33,892 nucleotides of DNA, from NCBI GenBank assembly GCA_964548445.1, contig CAZJRT010000001.1, positions 1 to 33,892 on the forward strand, given 5' to 3'. This document shows positions 16,204 through 26,127 of the stretch, in pieces. This DNA is from an uncultured Pseudobdellovibrionaceae bacterium. GTDB lineage: Bacteria > Pseudomonadota > Alphaproteobacteria > Micavibrionales > Micavibrionaceae. The notes under the pieces were generated by a model. The model was not told where the DNA came from, ran no database searches, and saw only the letters and a program-made list of their open reading frames with translations. A program made the translations under genes and the position numbers. How positions within the stretch are numbered: position 1 is the stretch's first letter; each line of letters starts with the position of its first letter.

Positions 16204-17307
16204 ATGAAGATTGCCAATATTACTTTAATCGCCGGTGCGCGTCCTAACTTCATGAAGATCGCGCCTATCATTCATGCCCTGGATGCCGCCGTGACGGGAC
16301 AGGGCGCCAAGATCGCGTATCGCCTTGTGCATACAGGACAGCACTATGACCGGAAGATGAGCGAGACCTTCTTCGAGGAGTTGCGAATTCCTGCGCCGGA
16401 CACGAATCTCGGTGCGGGCGGGGGGACCCAGGCTGAGCAGACGGCGGCGATCATGATCGCCTTTGAGAAGGAGTTGCTGCAGCACCCCACGGACCTGGTT
16501 ATGGTGGTCGGCGACGTTACCTCCACGCTGGCGTGTTCGATCGTGGCCAAGAAACTCAACACAAGGGTCGCGCATGTCGAGGCGGGGTTGCGTTCATTCG
16601 ACATGTCGATGCCGGAGGAGATCAACCGCCTGGTTACGGACAGCATCGCCGATCTCTATTTCACCACCACGGAAGCGGCATCACGCAATCTATTGGCAGC
16701 CGGTGCGAAACCGGAGCGGATCTTTCTGGTTGGCAACGTGATGATCGACACGCTACTGGCGACACGACATCGCTTCAAAGCCCCCGACTGTTACCGGTCG
16801 CTGGGGTTGAGTGAACGAGGGTACTTTGTCATGACCATGCATCGCCCGGCCAATGTGGACGAGGTCGAAAAGCTCAGGCGGTTCATGCGGGCGGTAACCG
16901 GAAACGTACGGGGGATGCCGGTCATCTTCCCGATCCACCCGCGCACAGCGAGGATTCTCACGGATGCTGGCTTTGCGGCGGAGAACCTGCATCTGATAGA
17001 GCCGCTGGGGTATCTCGAGTTCAACTACCTGGTCGAGCACGCCAAGGGCGTGATCACCGATTCCGGTGGCGTCACCGAGGAGACCACAGTTATGGGCGTC
17101 CCCTGCCTGACCCTGCGGGACAACACCGAACGTCCGGAAACCGTGACCGACGGGACCAACCGCCTGATCGGCACGGATCCGGAAAAGCTTAAACCCGCTC
17201 TGAACGATCTCTTTGGTGGACGTTGGCAGGCCGGGCGCATCCCCCCGCTTTGGGATGGACATACAGCTGCGCGCATTGCTGAACATTTGAGTGAAATTTA
17301 TGGATAA
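16204..17307 (+). CDS. wecB: UDP-N-acetylglucosamine 2-epimerase (non-hydrolysing)
   Basis: GARPNFMKIAPI...HTGQHYD..MS..FF..L.IP.PD.NLG...G.QAEQTA...VGDVTSTLA...HVEAGLRSFD..MPEEINR is the canonical WecB pattern. Confidence 0.95.
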   Translation: MKIANITLIAGARPNFMKIAPIIHALDAAVTGQGAKIAYRLVHTGQHYDRKMSETFFEELRIPAPDTNLGAGGGTQAEQTAAIMIAFEKELLQHPTDLVMVVGDVTSTLACSIVAKKLNTRVAHVEAGLRSFDMSMPEEINRLVTDSIADLYFTTTEAASRNLLAAGAKPERIFLVGNVMIDTLLATRHRFKAPDCYRSLGLSERGYFVMTMHRPANVDEVEKLRRFMRAVTGNVRGMPVIFPIHPRTARILTDAGFAAENLHLIEPLGYLEFNYLVEHAKGVITDSGGVTEETTVMGVPCLTLRDNTERPETVTDGTNRLIGTDPEKLKPALNDLFGGRWQAGRIPPLWDGHTAARIAEHLSEIYG

Positions 17308-18412
17308 CAAAAATATATTAATTATTAGTCGGGGGATCTTCCCTTCAAGTTTTCCTCGCGCCAATCGAGCTACAGAGTTAGCAAAAGAAATGAGCCGCAG
17401 AGGCAATCAGGTAACCCTGATTACCTTGAACAACCCAGACTATGATTACAAAGATTTTGAAAGTATGTATGGTATTAAAGTCATTAATAACATCATACTG
17501 AAGCATCAAAAGCCCAATTTGTTCAAAACCAAGAGAAATGTTTTCGTAAGATTAAAAGACCGGTTCTTATATCAGTACTTTTTATATCCCGAAATTGAAC
17601 TAGCATTTGCGCTGAGAAGAGAATTGATAAACCAAAGCATTACCTATGATTTGCTGATTTCCATCGCAAAACCTTATGCCATACATATCGGGGTTGCCAT
17701 GGCATATCCTAAAATTAAAAAAAAGATTCCTTGTTGGGTGGCGGACTGCGGTGATCCGTTTACGGGCGGGAGTAGCTTAATTAGACAATATCCTTATTAT
17801 ATGAGATGGGTGGAACAATGGATGTTCAATCATACGGATTTCGTATCATTGCCAGTTGAAACGGCAACAACTGCATATCCAAAAACGATTCAGCATAAAA
17901 TCAAGATAATACCGCAAGGTTTTAATTTTAAAAATGTTAATCTATCTCAAATCAATAAAGAATGCTTCCCCGTATTTGGCTACGCTGGCGCGCTTTACAG
18001 AAAAACAAGAGACCCAAAGCATATTATGGATCATCTAGTATCGCTCAACAATGAGTTCAAATTTATTGTTTATACTGACACTCGAGACTTGCTGAGTTCC
18101 TATCAACAGAGACTAGGCCATAAGCTCGAAATAAGAGATCCGGTGCCTCGCGAACAGCTGCTTTATGAATTGAGCGAAATGGATTTCTTGATAAATATTG
18201 AGAATACAACCAAACAAATGGTTCCAAGTAAAATTATTGATTATCATCTTACAAAGAGACCTATCTTATCGCTTCATCCTGATAATTTTGAAAAATCATT
18301 GATCGACGATTTTTTATCCGGTAATTATCAGAATCAATATACAGATGATTTCACGAAATATGAAATCAGCAATGTCGCAGAAGCATTTTTACGTTTGACC
18401 GATCATGGATAA
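17291..18412 (+). CDS. Putative GT-B fold glycosyltransferase
   Basis: NILIISRGIFPS..RANRATELAKEMSRRGNQVTLIT is a GT4-like N-terminus, and the C-terminal part has VPSKIIDYHLTKRPILS. It overlaps the wecB 3' end by 17 nt. It is the first gene of the AT-rich block. Confidence 0.6.
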   Translation: MKFMDNKNILIISRGIFPSSFPRANRATELAKEMSRRGNQVTLITLNNPDYDYKDFESMYGIKVINNIILKHQKPNLFKTKRNVFVRLKDRFLYQYFLYPEIELAFALRRELINQSITYDLLISIAKPYAIHIGVAMAYPKIKKKIPCWVADCGDPFTGGSSLIRQYPYYMRWVEQWMFNHTDFVSLPVETATTAYPKTIQHKIKIIPQGFNFKNVNLSQINKECFPVFGYAGALYRKTRDPKHIMDHLVSLNNEFKFIVYTDTRDLLSSYQQRLGHKLEIRDPVPREQLLYELSEMDFLINIENTTKQMVPSKIIDYHLTKRPILSLHPDNFEKSLIDDFLSGNYQNQYTDDFTKYEISNVAEAFLRLTDHG

Positions 18413-19574
18413 CAGTTTTGGGTGGAAATTTGTAATGAAACATCTGAAAAGCAAATTATCGAACTACAAAAAAAACCTTCTCGGTTGGCGTACCAACCGG
18501 AAGATTCTGGTTATTGAATCTGATGACTGGGGAAGCATCCGGATGCCATCGCGAGATGTATATCACCAACTTCTCGAAAAAGGCATCCGAGTTGATCTTT
18601 GTCCCTTTTCCAGATACGACACCTTGGCTAGCGAAAACGACTTGAGGAGTCTCTTTGATGTGCTGACAGCCTTCAGGGACAGAAAAGGAAATCATCCCGT
18701 ATTCACAGCTAACTGCGTAGTAGCCAATCCTGATTTTAAAAAGATTTACGAGAATAATTATAAACATTATTATTATGAGCCGTTTACCGATACGTTAAAG
18801 CGATACCCCGATCATCAACAATCATTTACACTCTGGAAGGAAGGAATGAAAGAAAAGGTCTTCTTTCCTCAGTTTCATGGTCGTGAACATCTGAATGTAA
18901 ATCGCTGGTTGCGTTATTTACAATCGGGTTCCCGAGAAACCTTGACTGCTTTTGATTGTAGGATGTTTGGTATTAGTACAACCGTTAGCCAGGAAGACCG
19001 AAGCAGCTATCAGGCCGCTTTTGACTATGATTGCCCGGAAGAAATCGAAGATCATAAGAATATAATCATAGATGGATTAGACTTATTTGAACGGTTGTTT
19101 GGTTTTCGTTCGCACTCGTTTATTGCCCCTAACGGGGTTTGGGACTTAAACCTTGCACGTACACTTGAAGCAAATGGCGTGAAATATATACAGGGTTGCG
19201 GCAAGGGGCCTGACTGCAGCAAAAATAAATTGGCTTTTTCAAGGCTCGGTTCAATAAATAAGATCGGACAGGTCTACCTTTTGCGAAATGTAAACTTTGA
19301 ACCTGCGATCGTGAACAAACAGGGAATCATTCAAAGAACGCTAAAGGAGATTGCCCTGGCATTCACCTTCAAGAAACCGGTAACCATTTGTTCACATCGG
19401 CTAAATTATATCGGGCACTTGATAAACGACAACAGGGATTCAAATCTTTTGCTTTTAAAAGAATTGTTATCCGAAGTCACAAAGCAATGGCCGAATGTCG
19501 AATTTATGAATACCATACAACTGGCTGATATTATAGATAAAGAAGTCAAATACACAGACAACGGAACCAATTAA
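18405..19574 (+). CDS. Hypothetical protein, possibly deacetylase/hydrolase-like
   Basis: 389-aa ORF overlapping the upstream stop. No family is recognised with confidence. It contains an A8 tract at 18468-18475. Confidence 0.45.
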   Translation: MDNSFGWKFVMKHLKSKLSNYKKNLLGWRTNRKILVIESDDWGSIRMPSRDVYHQLLEKGIRVDLCPFSRYDTLASENDLRSLFDVLTAFRDRKGNHPVFTANCVVANPDFKKIYENNYKHYYYEPFTDTLKRYPDHQQSFTLWKEGMKEKVFFPQFHGREHLNVNRWLRYLQSGSRETLTAFDCRMFGISTTVSQEDRSSYQAAFDYDCPEEIEDHKNIIIDGLDLFERLFGFRSHSFIAPNGVWDLNLARTLEANGVKYIQGCGKGPDCSKNKLAFSRLGSINKIGQVYLLRNVNFEPAIVNKQGIIQRTLKEIALAFTFKKPVTICSHRLNYIGHLINDNRDSNLLLLKELLSEVTKQWPNVEFMNTIQLADIIDKEVKYTDNGTN

Positions 19575-19575
19575 A

Positions 19576-20700
19576 ATGCATATTCTCATCGGCGGCGATA
19601 TATTTATATCTGATAGATACAGAAATCACACTCTCCTAGATCCGTCAGTGGTTGATCTGTTCAGACAGGCTGATTACCGTATTGTGAATCTTGAGGCACC
19701 GCTTACGCCTGACGATCCAAAGAATAAAATCAACAAAACCGGTCCCCATCTGCGAAGTTCTGATGCGACAGTCATTCCGTATCTTAAACAGCTAAACATA
19801 GATATGGTAACCCTAGCCAATAATCATATTCTCGATTACGGCGGAAATGGTCTCTCTGATACATTTAAAGCCTTATCGAATGGTCATATTGCTTATGTTG
19901 GTGCCGGGGACAATTTGCACGAAGCAGCGAAACCTTTAACCATTGAAAGAAATGGCCTTAAATTAGCCATGCTCAACTTTGCTGAAAAAGAATGGTCTAT
20001 CGCAGGCAGGAATTCTCCCGGTGCTAATCCTCTTGATATCATCGATAACGTCAATCAGATAAAAAAGGCAAAAGCTTTTCACGATAAGGTGATTTGTATT
20101 ATCCATGGAGGTCATGAAAACTATTCGTTACCAAGTCCACGCATGGTCAAACAATACCGTTTCTATGCTGATAATGGTGCTGATGCAATCATTGGCCATC
20201 ATACGCATTGCGTAAGTGGCTATGAAGTCTACAAAGAAACACCTATTGCCTACAGCTTGGGCAACATGTTGTTTACGAAGAAGGTTAATAACCAAGCATG
20301 GTACTACGGAGTTGTTGTTAAGCTTGAACTTGAAAAGAACAAACCGATAGAAATAGATCTGTATCCTGTGACTCAAGATCGAGAATTATTTAAGCTAAAG
20401 AGCGTTACTGGCAAAGACTTGCAAAACATGCTTCTTGAAATAGGGGCATTTAATAATATCATTTACGACAAGCATGCATTGCAATGTCGTTGGGATCAGT
20501 TTGTGTTGCGCAATCGAACCTCGATCAACTTTATTTCTCCAGTTAGCGCTATTCCATTTCGATTTATATTATCATTACTCTGTAAGCTGCGCATAACTAC
20601 AAAACTAATATCAAAAAAGCAACGAATAATTCTCTTGAACAAAACACGTTGTCAATCGCACAGAGACATACTGCTAAGTGTTCTTAATGAAACCTCTTGA
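19576..20700 (+). CDS. CapA-family (PGA_cap) metallophosphoesterase-like protein
   Basis: VNLEAPLT, TLANNHILDYG, IIHGGHENYSLPSP, GADAIIGHHTHCV and YSLGNMLF are the conserved CapA blocks. Confidence 0.88.
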   Translation: MHILIGGDIFISDRYRNHTLLDPSVVDLFRQADYRIVNLEAPLTPDDPKNKINKTGPHLRSSDATVIPYLKQLNIDMVTLANNHILDYGGNGLSDTFKALSNGHIAYVGAGDNLHEAAKPLTIERNGLKLAMLNFAEKEWSIAGRNSPGANPLDIIDNVNQIKKAKAFHDKVICIIHGGHENYSLPSPRMVKQYRFYADNGADAIIGHHTHCVSGYEVYKETPIAYSLGNMLFTKKVNNQAWYYGVVVKLELEKNKPIEIDLYPVTQDRELFKLKSVTGKDLQNMLLEIGAFNNIIYDKHALQCRWDQFVLRNRTSINFISPVSAIPFRFILSLLCKLRITTKLISKKQRIILLNKTRCQSHRDILLSVLNETS

Positions 20701-20727
20701 GAAATGAATGCAAAGTAACAGATTATA

Positions 20728-21696
20728 ATGAAAACGAAACATATAATACAATTGCTTTACGGGATTGCCACCTTTGTGCCAGGAATAAACCATCTTCGCG
20801 CAATTCGTGCAAAAGGAACAGGGGGGACTAACTCGGCTCGATATTGCTATTCTGTATGGTTGCGCCACTTGGTGATGGCAGAAATTAATGGACTTAATAC
20901 TAGCCCAAAGACTGTTGCTGAATTAGGTCCAGGCGATTCCATTGGCATCGGTTTAGCAGCATTGATTTCCGGCAGTGAGAAATATTACGCCTTTGATGTT
21001 GTCGAATATGCGAACATAAAAACAAATCTAACAATATTTGATGAACTGGTTACCCTATTTAAAAATAAGGCTCCAATTCCTGGAGATGATGAATGGCCCA
21101 AAGTTAACCCAAAATTAGAAGATTATAGCTTTCCAACTTATATATTGGATGAAAGTAGATTAAATAAAGCATTAGCCCCCTCCCGTATTGAGAGAATTCG
21201 AAACTCTGTCAAGCGTGTTGGTATTGAGAAATCGGTGGTTGAATATAAGGTGCCATGGCATGGCGTGAATGTGCTTACCCCTGAATCCGTTGATATGATC
21301 TATTCGCAGGCTGTTCTTGAGCATGTTGATGATCTAAAGAAGACATATAGTGCCATGAACTCGTGGCTCAAGCCAACTGGTCATATGTCGCATACTATTG
21401 ATTTCAAATGTCATAGATATGCTGATGAATGGAATGGACATTGGACACATTCGGATGTGATTTGGAAACTAATGCGAGGCAGGCGGCCTTATTGGATCAA
21501 TAGAATACCATGTTCAGTTCATATGAAGCTCATTGCTGATGCAGGCTTTATGCTTAGAACAATTAAAACAACCACTGCAGAATCAAATCTTTTACTGAAG
21601 CATCTTGCACCTCGGTTCAGATCTATTTCGCAATCTGACTTAACCACAAGCGGCGCTTACATTCAGGCAGTCAAAAAGTACGTCACTGAAATATAA
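20728..21696 (+). CDS. Class I SAM-dependent methyltransferase
   Basis: VAELGPGDSIGIGLAAL (GxGxG motif I), followed by YAFDV and a later IYSQAVLEHV (motif IV-like). Confidence 0.75.
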   Translation: MKTKHIIQLLYGIATFVPGINHLRAIRAKGTGGTNSARYCYSVWLRHLVMAEINGLNTSPKTVAELGPGDSIGIGLAALISGSEKYYAFDVVEYANIKTNLTIFDELVTLFKNKAPIPGDDEWPKVNPKLEDYSFPTYILDESRLNKALAPSRIERIRNSVKRVGIEKSVVEYKVPWHGVNVLTPESVDMIYSQAVLEHVDDLKKTYSAMNSWLKPTGHMSHTIDFKCHRYADEWNGHWTHSDVIWKLMRGRRPYWINRIPCSVHMKLIADAGFMLRTIKTTTAESNLLLKHLAPRFRSISQSDLTTSGAYIQAVKKYVTEI

Positions 21697-21816
21697 TGCG
21701 CGCCATCGGATTTGTATGTGCTGATTTGTAGTTAATTAAGACTGGGTACATTTCTTCAATAATCTCGTGATAATGTTAAATCAAAGACGAGCAGTAAGCG
21801 GGAAAGAACATATAAG

Positions 21817-22827
21817 ATGACAATAGCAATTCATAACCGCCAAGGTTCTTTTAGTGATCGGTGGATTGAATATAGCCGAGAAAATCAAATCCCGTACAAG
21901 GTTGTCAACGCGTATGATTCGGACATCATCCAACAGATCAAGGAATGCTCCGGGTTCATGTGGCATTGGCACCATGGTGATCCTAAGGCCATTTTGTTCG
22001 CTCGCCAATTGATCTACTCCATAGAAGCGATGGGTATCCCCGTATTCCCAAATGCCAAAACCTGCTGGCATTTTGACGACAAGGTTGGACAGAAATATCT
22101 GCTGGAAGCGGTCGAGGCTCCGCTTGTTCCCAGTCATGTGTTCTATGACCGAAAGCAGGCGATGGATTGGGTGGAGCGCACCGATTTGCCAAAGGTCTTC
22201 AAATTGAGAGTTGGCGCAGGATCTCAAAACGTTAGGCTGGTTAAAAATAGGACCGAGGCAAAAGAACTGGTTGATCAGGCCTTTTCAAAGGGCTTTCCGG
22301 TTCAGCAGGTCTTTTCCGATGTACGGAATAAAGTGTCGCTTGGTATCAAAAAAGGAACCTTACAGCAGAAGATCCTTCGGTCTCCAAAAACGATCCGCAA
22401 CATTCTTCAAAACAGAAGATCCCTAAGTCGCGAAAAGGGCTATGTTTATTTTCAGGATTTTATTCCCAACAATGATCACGATATTCGGATTGTTGTGATC
22501 GGTAAAAAGGCATCAGGGATGAAGCGCATGTGCAGAAAAAATGATTTCAGAGCATCCGGTAGCGGTGAAAAAAACTTCTCGCATGAAGTAATTGACCCTA
22601 GGTGTGTGAAACTTTCATTTGAGGTCTCAGAACAGCTTGGACTTCAAAGTGTGGCTTTTGACTATATATTCGATGTCGAACAGCAGCCCTTAATTGTGGA
22701 AATGAGCTATTGTTATCAAACAAGCACATATGATGGATACTGGGATCGGGATCTTGAATGGCATGAGGGTCCGTTTGACCCATGCGGGTGGATGGTAGAT
22801 TCCTTATTAATGAAGAGCATTAAATAA
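21817..22827 (+). CDS. ATP-grasp domain protein (RimK-like ligase)
   Basis: KVFKLRVGAGSQNVRLV, VYFQDFIPNNDHDIRIVVIG and VAFDYIFDVEQQPLIVEMS match the ATP-grasp K-loop, the E/D-hinge and the Mg-binding C-terminal motif. Confidence 0.75.
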   Translation: MTIAIHNRQGSFSDRWIEYSRENQIPYKVVNAYDSDIIQQIKECSGFMWHWHHGDPKAILFARQLIYSIEAMGIPVFPNAKTCWHFDDKVGQKYLLEAVEAPLVPSHVFYDRKQAMDWVERTDLPKVFKLRVGAGSQNVRLVKNRTEAKELVDQAFSKGFPVQQVFSDVRNKVSLGIKKGTLQQKILRSPKTIRNILQNRRSLSREKGYVYFQDFIPNNDHDIRIVVIGKKASGMKRMCRKNDFRASGSGEKNFSHEVIDPRCVKLSFEVSEQLGLQSVAFDYIFDVEQQPLIVEMSYCYQTSTYDGYWDRDLEWHEGPFDPCGWMVDSLLMKSIK

Positions 22828-24050
22828 TGTTGAAAATAGCATTCAACGAGATCAGTTTACTCCTGCTTATTGTATTCATTCCGTACAGTTCGGTTTATCT
22901 GCTTGGCAACCGCTACCTGTTTCTGCCAATGGTATTTTACATCCTTTATTTTATCTCAAACATCAACAATTTGCCCTTGCTTTTAAACTTAAATACATCA
23001 CGAAAGTATATGTATCCTTGGATGCTAATTGTTGCGCTTATCATTTGCAGTAGCATTATCAATTATCAACCTGAATATTTCCATGCTTACCGATCTGTAA
23101 TCCAGCGGTTCTTAATGTATTCGGTATTCTTTCTTATGGTGTATAACCACATATTGTTGAAACCGGGATTGACAGAAAGGATTCTGCAAACAGTTGTTTT
23201 TTCTGTTTATCTGATGGGTCTCTTCTATTTGTTAAATATTGGAGTTTCATATCCGTCGGGGCGGTTAAGTATTTTTGGAGCCAATTCTAATATGGTCGGC
23301 GTGTGGAATGTGATTGGCATATTGTTTGCCTTTGATCTTATCATGAACAAACGATACTCAAAAATCACCTTGTGGCTCTTGGTTATTGCTTGCTTAATAG
23401 GCTTTATTCTGGTGATACAGTCGGGATCAAGAAAATCGGTCATAATGTTGTTTGCTGGAATTATTTTTTATTATCTAATCATGAATAGGAGCCTCCTCGC
23501 GAAAATTAAATATATTGTGCCTCTTGGCATAGCAGGTTTTCTGGCATTGGATTATTTGTTGAGAGCAACATTACTTATGAATCGAATGGAGGTTGCTTAT
23601 CACGGAGAGGATCTGGGTGGCCGGTTAAGCATCTGGAAAATTGCCTTGGATATTATTGGCAACAACCTGCTGCTCGGACTTAGCCCCGGACTTTACAAAG
23701 CGAAAATGACGGAGCATTTTGGCCTTGGTCGAGTAGCGCATAATGAGTTTATTACGATTTTGGCATATGGTGGGATTTTTGCACTTTTAACATTTGCAGG
23801 GTATTTATGGAATCTTTTCCATGTGTCATATAAATGCTTAAAGGTTAAATTAAATTATATCACTGCATTACCGCTAACTTTATGGTTTATTGTGGTTCTG
23901 TTCTTATTCACAGCGGGGGGGGCGATCGAATCATTCTATACTTGGTTTTTATTTGCTTTTATTGCAGGAACAGCAGAGAAACAAACTAATGCATATACTT
24001 TGTATAATCGAAGATCTGGGCTCAGGGGGCGCACAGCGCCAGTTGGTTAA
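22827..24050 (+). CDS. O-antigen polymerase/ligase family membrane protein (Wzy-like)
   Basis: Many hydrophobic segments. QSGSRKSVIMLFAG and HNEFITILAYGGIFALL match the Wzy_C family pattern. TAATG junction with the upstream gene. The 3' end overlaps the next gene by 62 nt. Confidence 0.8.
   Translation: MLKIAFNEISLLLLIVFIPYSSVYLLGNRYLFLPMVFYILYFISNINNLPLLLNLNTSRKYMYPWMLIVALIICSSIINYQPEYFHAYRSVIQRFLMYSVFFLMVYNHILLKPGLTERILQTVVFSVYLMGLFYLLNIGVSYPSGRLSIFGANSNMVGVWNVIGILFAFDLIMNKRYSKITLWLLVIACLIGFILVIQSGSRKSVIMLFAGIIFYYLIMNRSLLAKIKYIVPLGIAGFLALDYLLRATLLMNRMEVAYHGEDLGGRLSIWKIALDIIGNNLLLGLSPGLYKAKMTEHFGLGRVAHNEFITILAYGGIFALLTFAGYLWNLFHVSYKCLKVKLNYITALPLTLWFIVVLFLFTAGGAIESFYTWFLFAFIAGTAEKQTNAYTLYNRRSGLRGRTAPVG
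23915..23922 (+). repeat. G8 homopolymer inside the AT-rich wzy-like gene
   Basis: ACA GCG GGG GGG GCG read directly, 67 nt upstream of the ATG of the next glycosyltransferase. Confidence 0.95.
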
Positions 24051-25086
24051 CTTGGCTGTTTATTTGAAGCGCTCAGGTAACAACATTGAATTTTTAACGT
24101 ATTATCAGAAAGTCTATTATACAAAGCTACTCAAGCAAGAAGCCATTGGGCACACCCTGCTTGAAATAAAAAATCCGCTGAAGCGTATCTACCATTTCAG
24201 GAAATATATCAGATCAGGAGATTTTGATGCTGTCATAGCTTTTCTTAGCATTCCAGCATTCCTCGCCGAAGCGGCTGCTTTTCCTTCTAAGCGTTTTAGG
24301 CTGATTGTGGGTGAAAGAAGCACTAATCCTAAATTGCAAAAGTCATTAAAAAGCTTGAGCATGCGGCTCTTTCATCTTTTTGCCGACCATATTGTAGCAA
24401 ACTCCTATGCTAATCTTGATATGGTTCGAGAAATAAATCCTTTATTGCCAGATCACAAGTTGAAAGTGATTTATAATGCTATTGACTTGAATAAGTTCAA
24501 GCCCCAAAAGGAATTTCAATTCAAAAATAATGACTTATTGCGGATGATTATTCCCGCTTCTTATCGCCAGCTTAAAAACCTTCTAAGGTTAATCGAAGCG
24601 GTTTCCAGGCTTTCTAAGCGTGAGAAACAAAACCTGTCAATTGAGTGGTATGGTGACAAATCAAACCGTAATAACCCTGATTTCATTCTTTATGCCGCTG
24701 AAAAACTGGTTGCGCGATACGATCTCCAGCATGTATTTACCTTCAATGATGTCCACTGGGAAATTGAAAAGAAGATACAACAGGCTGACTTGGTGGGCTT
24801 GTTTAGTATTTTTGAGGGTTTACCCAATGCAATATGTGAGGGAATGGCTTGCGGCAAACCAGTGTTGTCCAGCAATGTTTCAGACGCTCCAAAACTTGTT
24901 CAAGAGGGCATCAACGGGAAACTGTGCAATCCTTGGGATATCAATTCTATCAAGGAGGGAATTCAATATTTTTTGCGCCTTACGCCGGATCAAATGCAAC
25001 AAATGGGAAAACAGAACCGATCGAAAGCAATTGCAATATTTGACAGCCAAAAGATTCATCAGGAATATGCCGGTTTATTGCAATGA
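23989..25086 (+). CDS. Glycosyltransferase family 4 (GT-B, Glycos_transf_1)
   Basis: MHILCIIEDLGSGGAQRQLVNLA is a canonical GT4 N-terminus, and FEGLPNAICEGMACGKPVLSSNVSD is the E-x7-E region. Confidence 0.88.
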   Translation: MHILCIIEDLGSGGAQRQLVNLAVYLKRSGNNIEFLTYYQKVYYTKLLKQEAIGHTLLEIKNPLKRIYHFRKYIRSGDFDAVIAFLSIPAFLAEAAAFPSKRFRLIVGERSTNPKLQKSLKSLSMRLFHLFADHIVANSYANLDMVREINPLLPDHKLKVIYNAIDLNKFKPQKEFQFKNNDLLRMIIPASYRQLKNLLRLIEAVSRLSKREKQNLSIEWYGDKSNRNNPDFILYAAEKLVARYDLQHVFTFNDVHWEIEKKIQQADLVGLFSIFEGLPNAICEGMACGKPVLSSNVSDAPKLVQEGINGKLCNPWDINSIKEGIQYFLRLTPDQMQQMGKQNRSKAIAIFDSQKIHQEYAGLLQ

Positions 25087-26126
25087 GTAACCTTTCTAAA
25101 GATTTTTTCTGTTTTGGTTGTTTTGCATATCAAAGCAATAAATTGGACGGACAAACTGTAAAAACCCGTTCGGTACATCAGTTATTTGAAGCTAAATTAG
25201 GCCTTTCGATTCCGTTTTATGATACGGAAGAATTCAAGTCCGACAACATGAGCCTCTTGCGGTGTGTAAAGAAACTGCTAAGCGCAAAACATGTTATTTA
25301 TTTGCCGGCCCATCGCAACCTTAGGAATTTTTTTCCTGTCTTATATTTGTTGTCTATAATCGCTAGTTTTGATATCCATTACTTTGTCATCGGAGGGTGG
25401 TTGCCTGAATTTATCAATAAGAATGGGACTATTGGTAGGAAACTAAAAAAAATAAAGGCTCTTTACGTTGAAACAGATTGCATGTTGCAAAAACTTAAAG
25501 CAACAGGTTTCAATAATGTTCACTGGTTTCCAAATTTCAGGATAAGGCAGGAAAACACTCAACGTATGGAGTTAAAATCATCTGATGATTTCAGAATGGT
25601 TTTCATGTCTCGCATTAAACTTTCGAAAGGTATTGATATAGTTTTTCGATTCCTGGAATGGTCCCGCAACCAATCTTTCTTTAATAGAATCCAAGTGGAT
25701 TTTTACGGAAATATAGAGGCAGAAGATCGAAAGTATTTCTTTGAAAACTTAAATAAGCATCCTTGTTCAGCTTATAAGGGCATTCTACAGCCAGAAATGG
25801 TTCAATCTGTTATTGCACAATATGACCTCTTTTTGTTTCCGACGTATTATCGTGGTGAAGGCTGTCCAGGAGCCATAATTGACGCATTTATGGCTTCTGT
25901 CCCTGTCTTAGCTTCAAATTGGAAATACAATTCCGAGTTCATTATAGACGGGCAAACCGGTTATCTGTTTGATCTTGATAATGAATCTGTATTTTATGAG
26001 AGAATTGAATTTCTAATCAATCACCGCAGCAATCTATTAAGCATAAAACAAAATGCTTATAATTTATCCAAACAATTCACCCCCGAAAAAGCCTGGCGAA
26101 TTATTGAACCCAATTTAGTGGAGTAA
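25083..26126 (+). CDS. Glycosyltransferase family 4-like
   Basis: ATGA overlap with the upstream gene. LFLFPTYYRGEGCPGAIIDAFMASVPVLASNWKYNSEFIIDGQTGYLF is the GT4 C-terminal domain. Confidence 0.8.
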   Translation: MSNLSKDFFCFGCFAYQSNKLDGQTVKTRSVHQLFEAKLGLSIPFYDTEEFKSDNMSLLRCVKKLLSAKHVIYLPAHRNLRNFFPVLYLLSIIASFDIHYFVIGGWLPEFINKNGTIGRKLKKIKALYVETDCMLQKLKATGFNNVHWFPNFRIRQENTQRMELKSSDDFRMVFMSRIKLSKGIDIVFRFLEWSRNQSFFNRIQVDFYGNIEAEDRKYFFENLNKHPCSAYKGILQPEMVQSVIAQYDLFLFPTYYRGEGCPGAIIDAFMASVPVLASNWKYNSEFIIDGQTGYLFDLDNESVFYERIEFLINHRSNLLSIKQNAYNLSKQFTPEKAWRIIEPNLVE

Positions 26127-26127
26127 A

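Noticed and set aside
16753-17406. 217-aa antisense ORF opposite the wecB 3' half, plus other antisense or alternate-frame ORFs at 16225-16814.
   Set aside because: They overlap an unambiguous wecB reading frame and show no recognisable motifs.
21709-21731. Direct repeat GATTTGTA..GATTTGTA in the gap before the second ATP-grasp gene, as a possible regulatory site.
   Set aside because: It is only 8 bp, AT-rich and without further symmetry or a promoter-like context.
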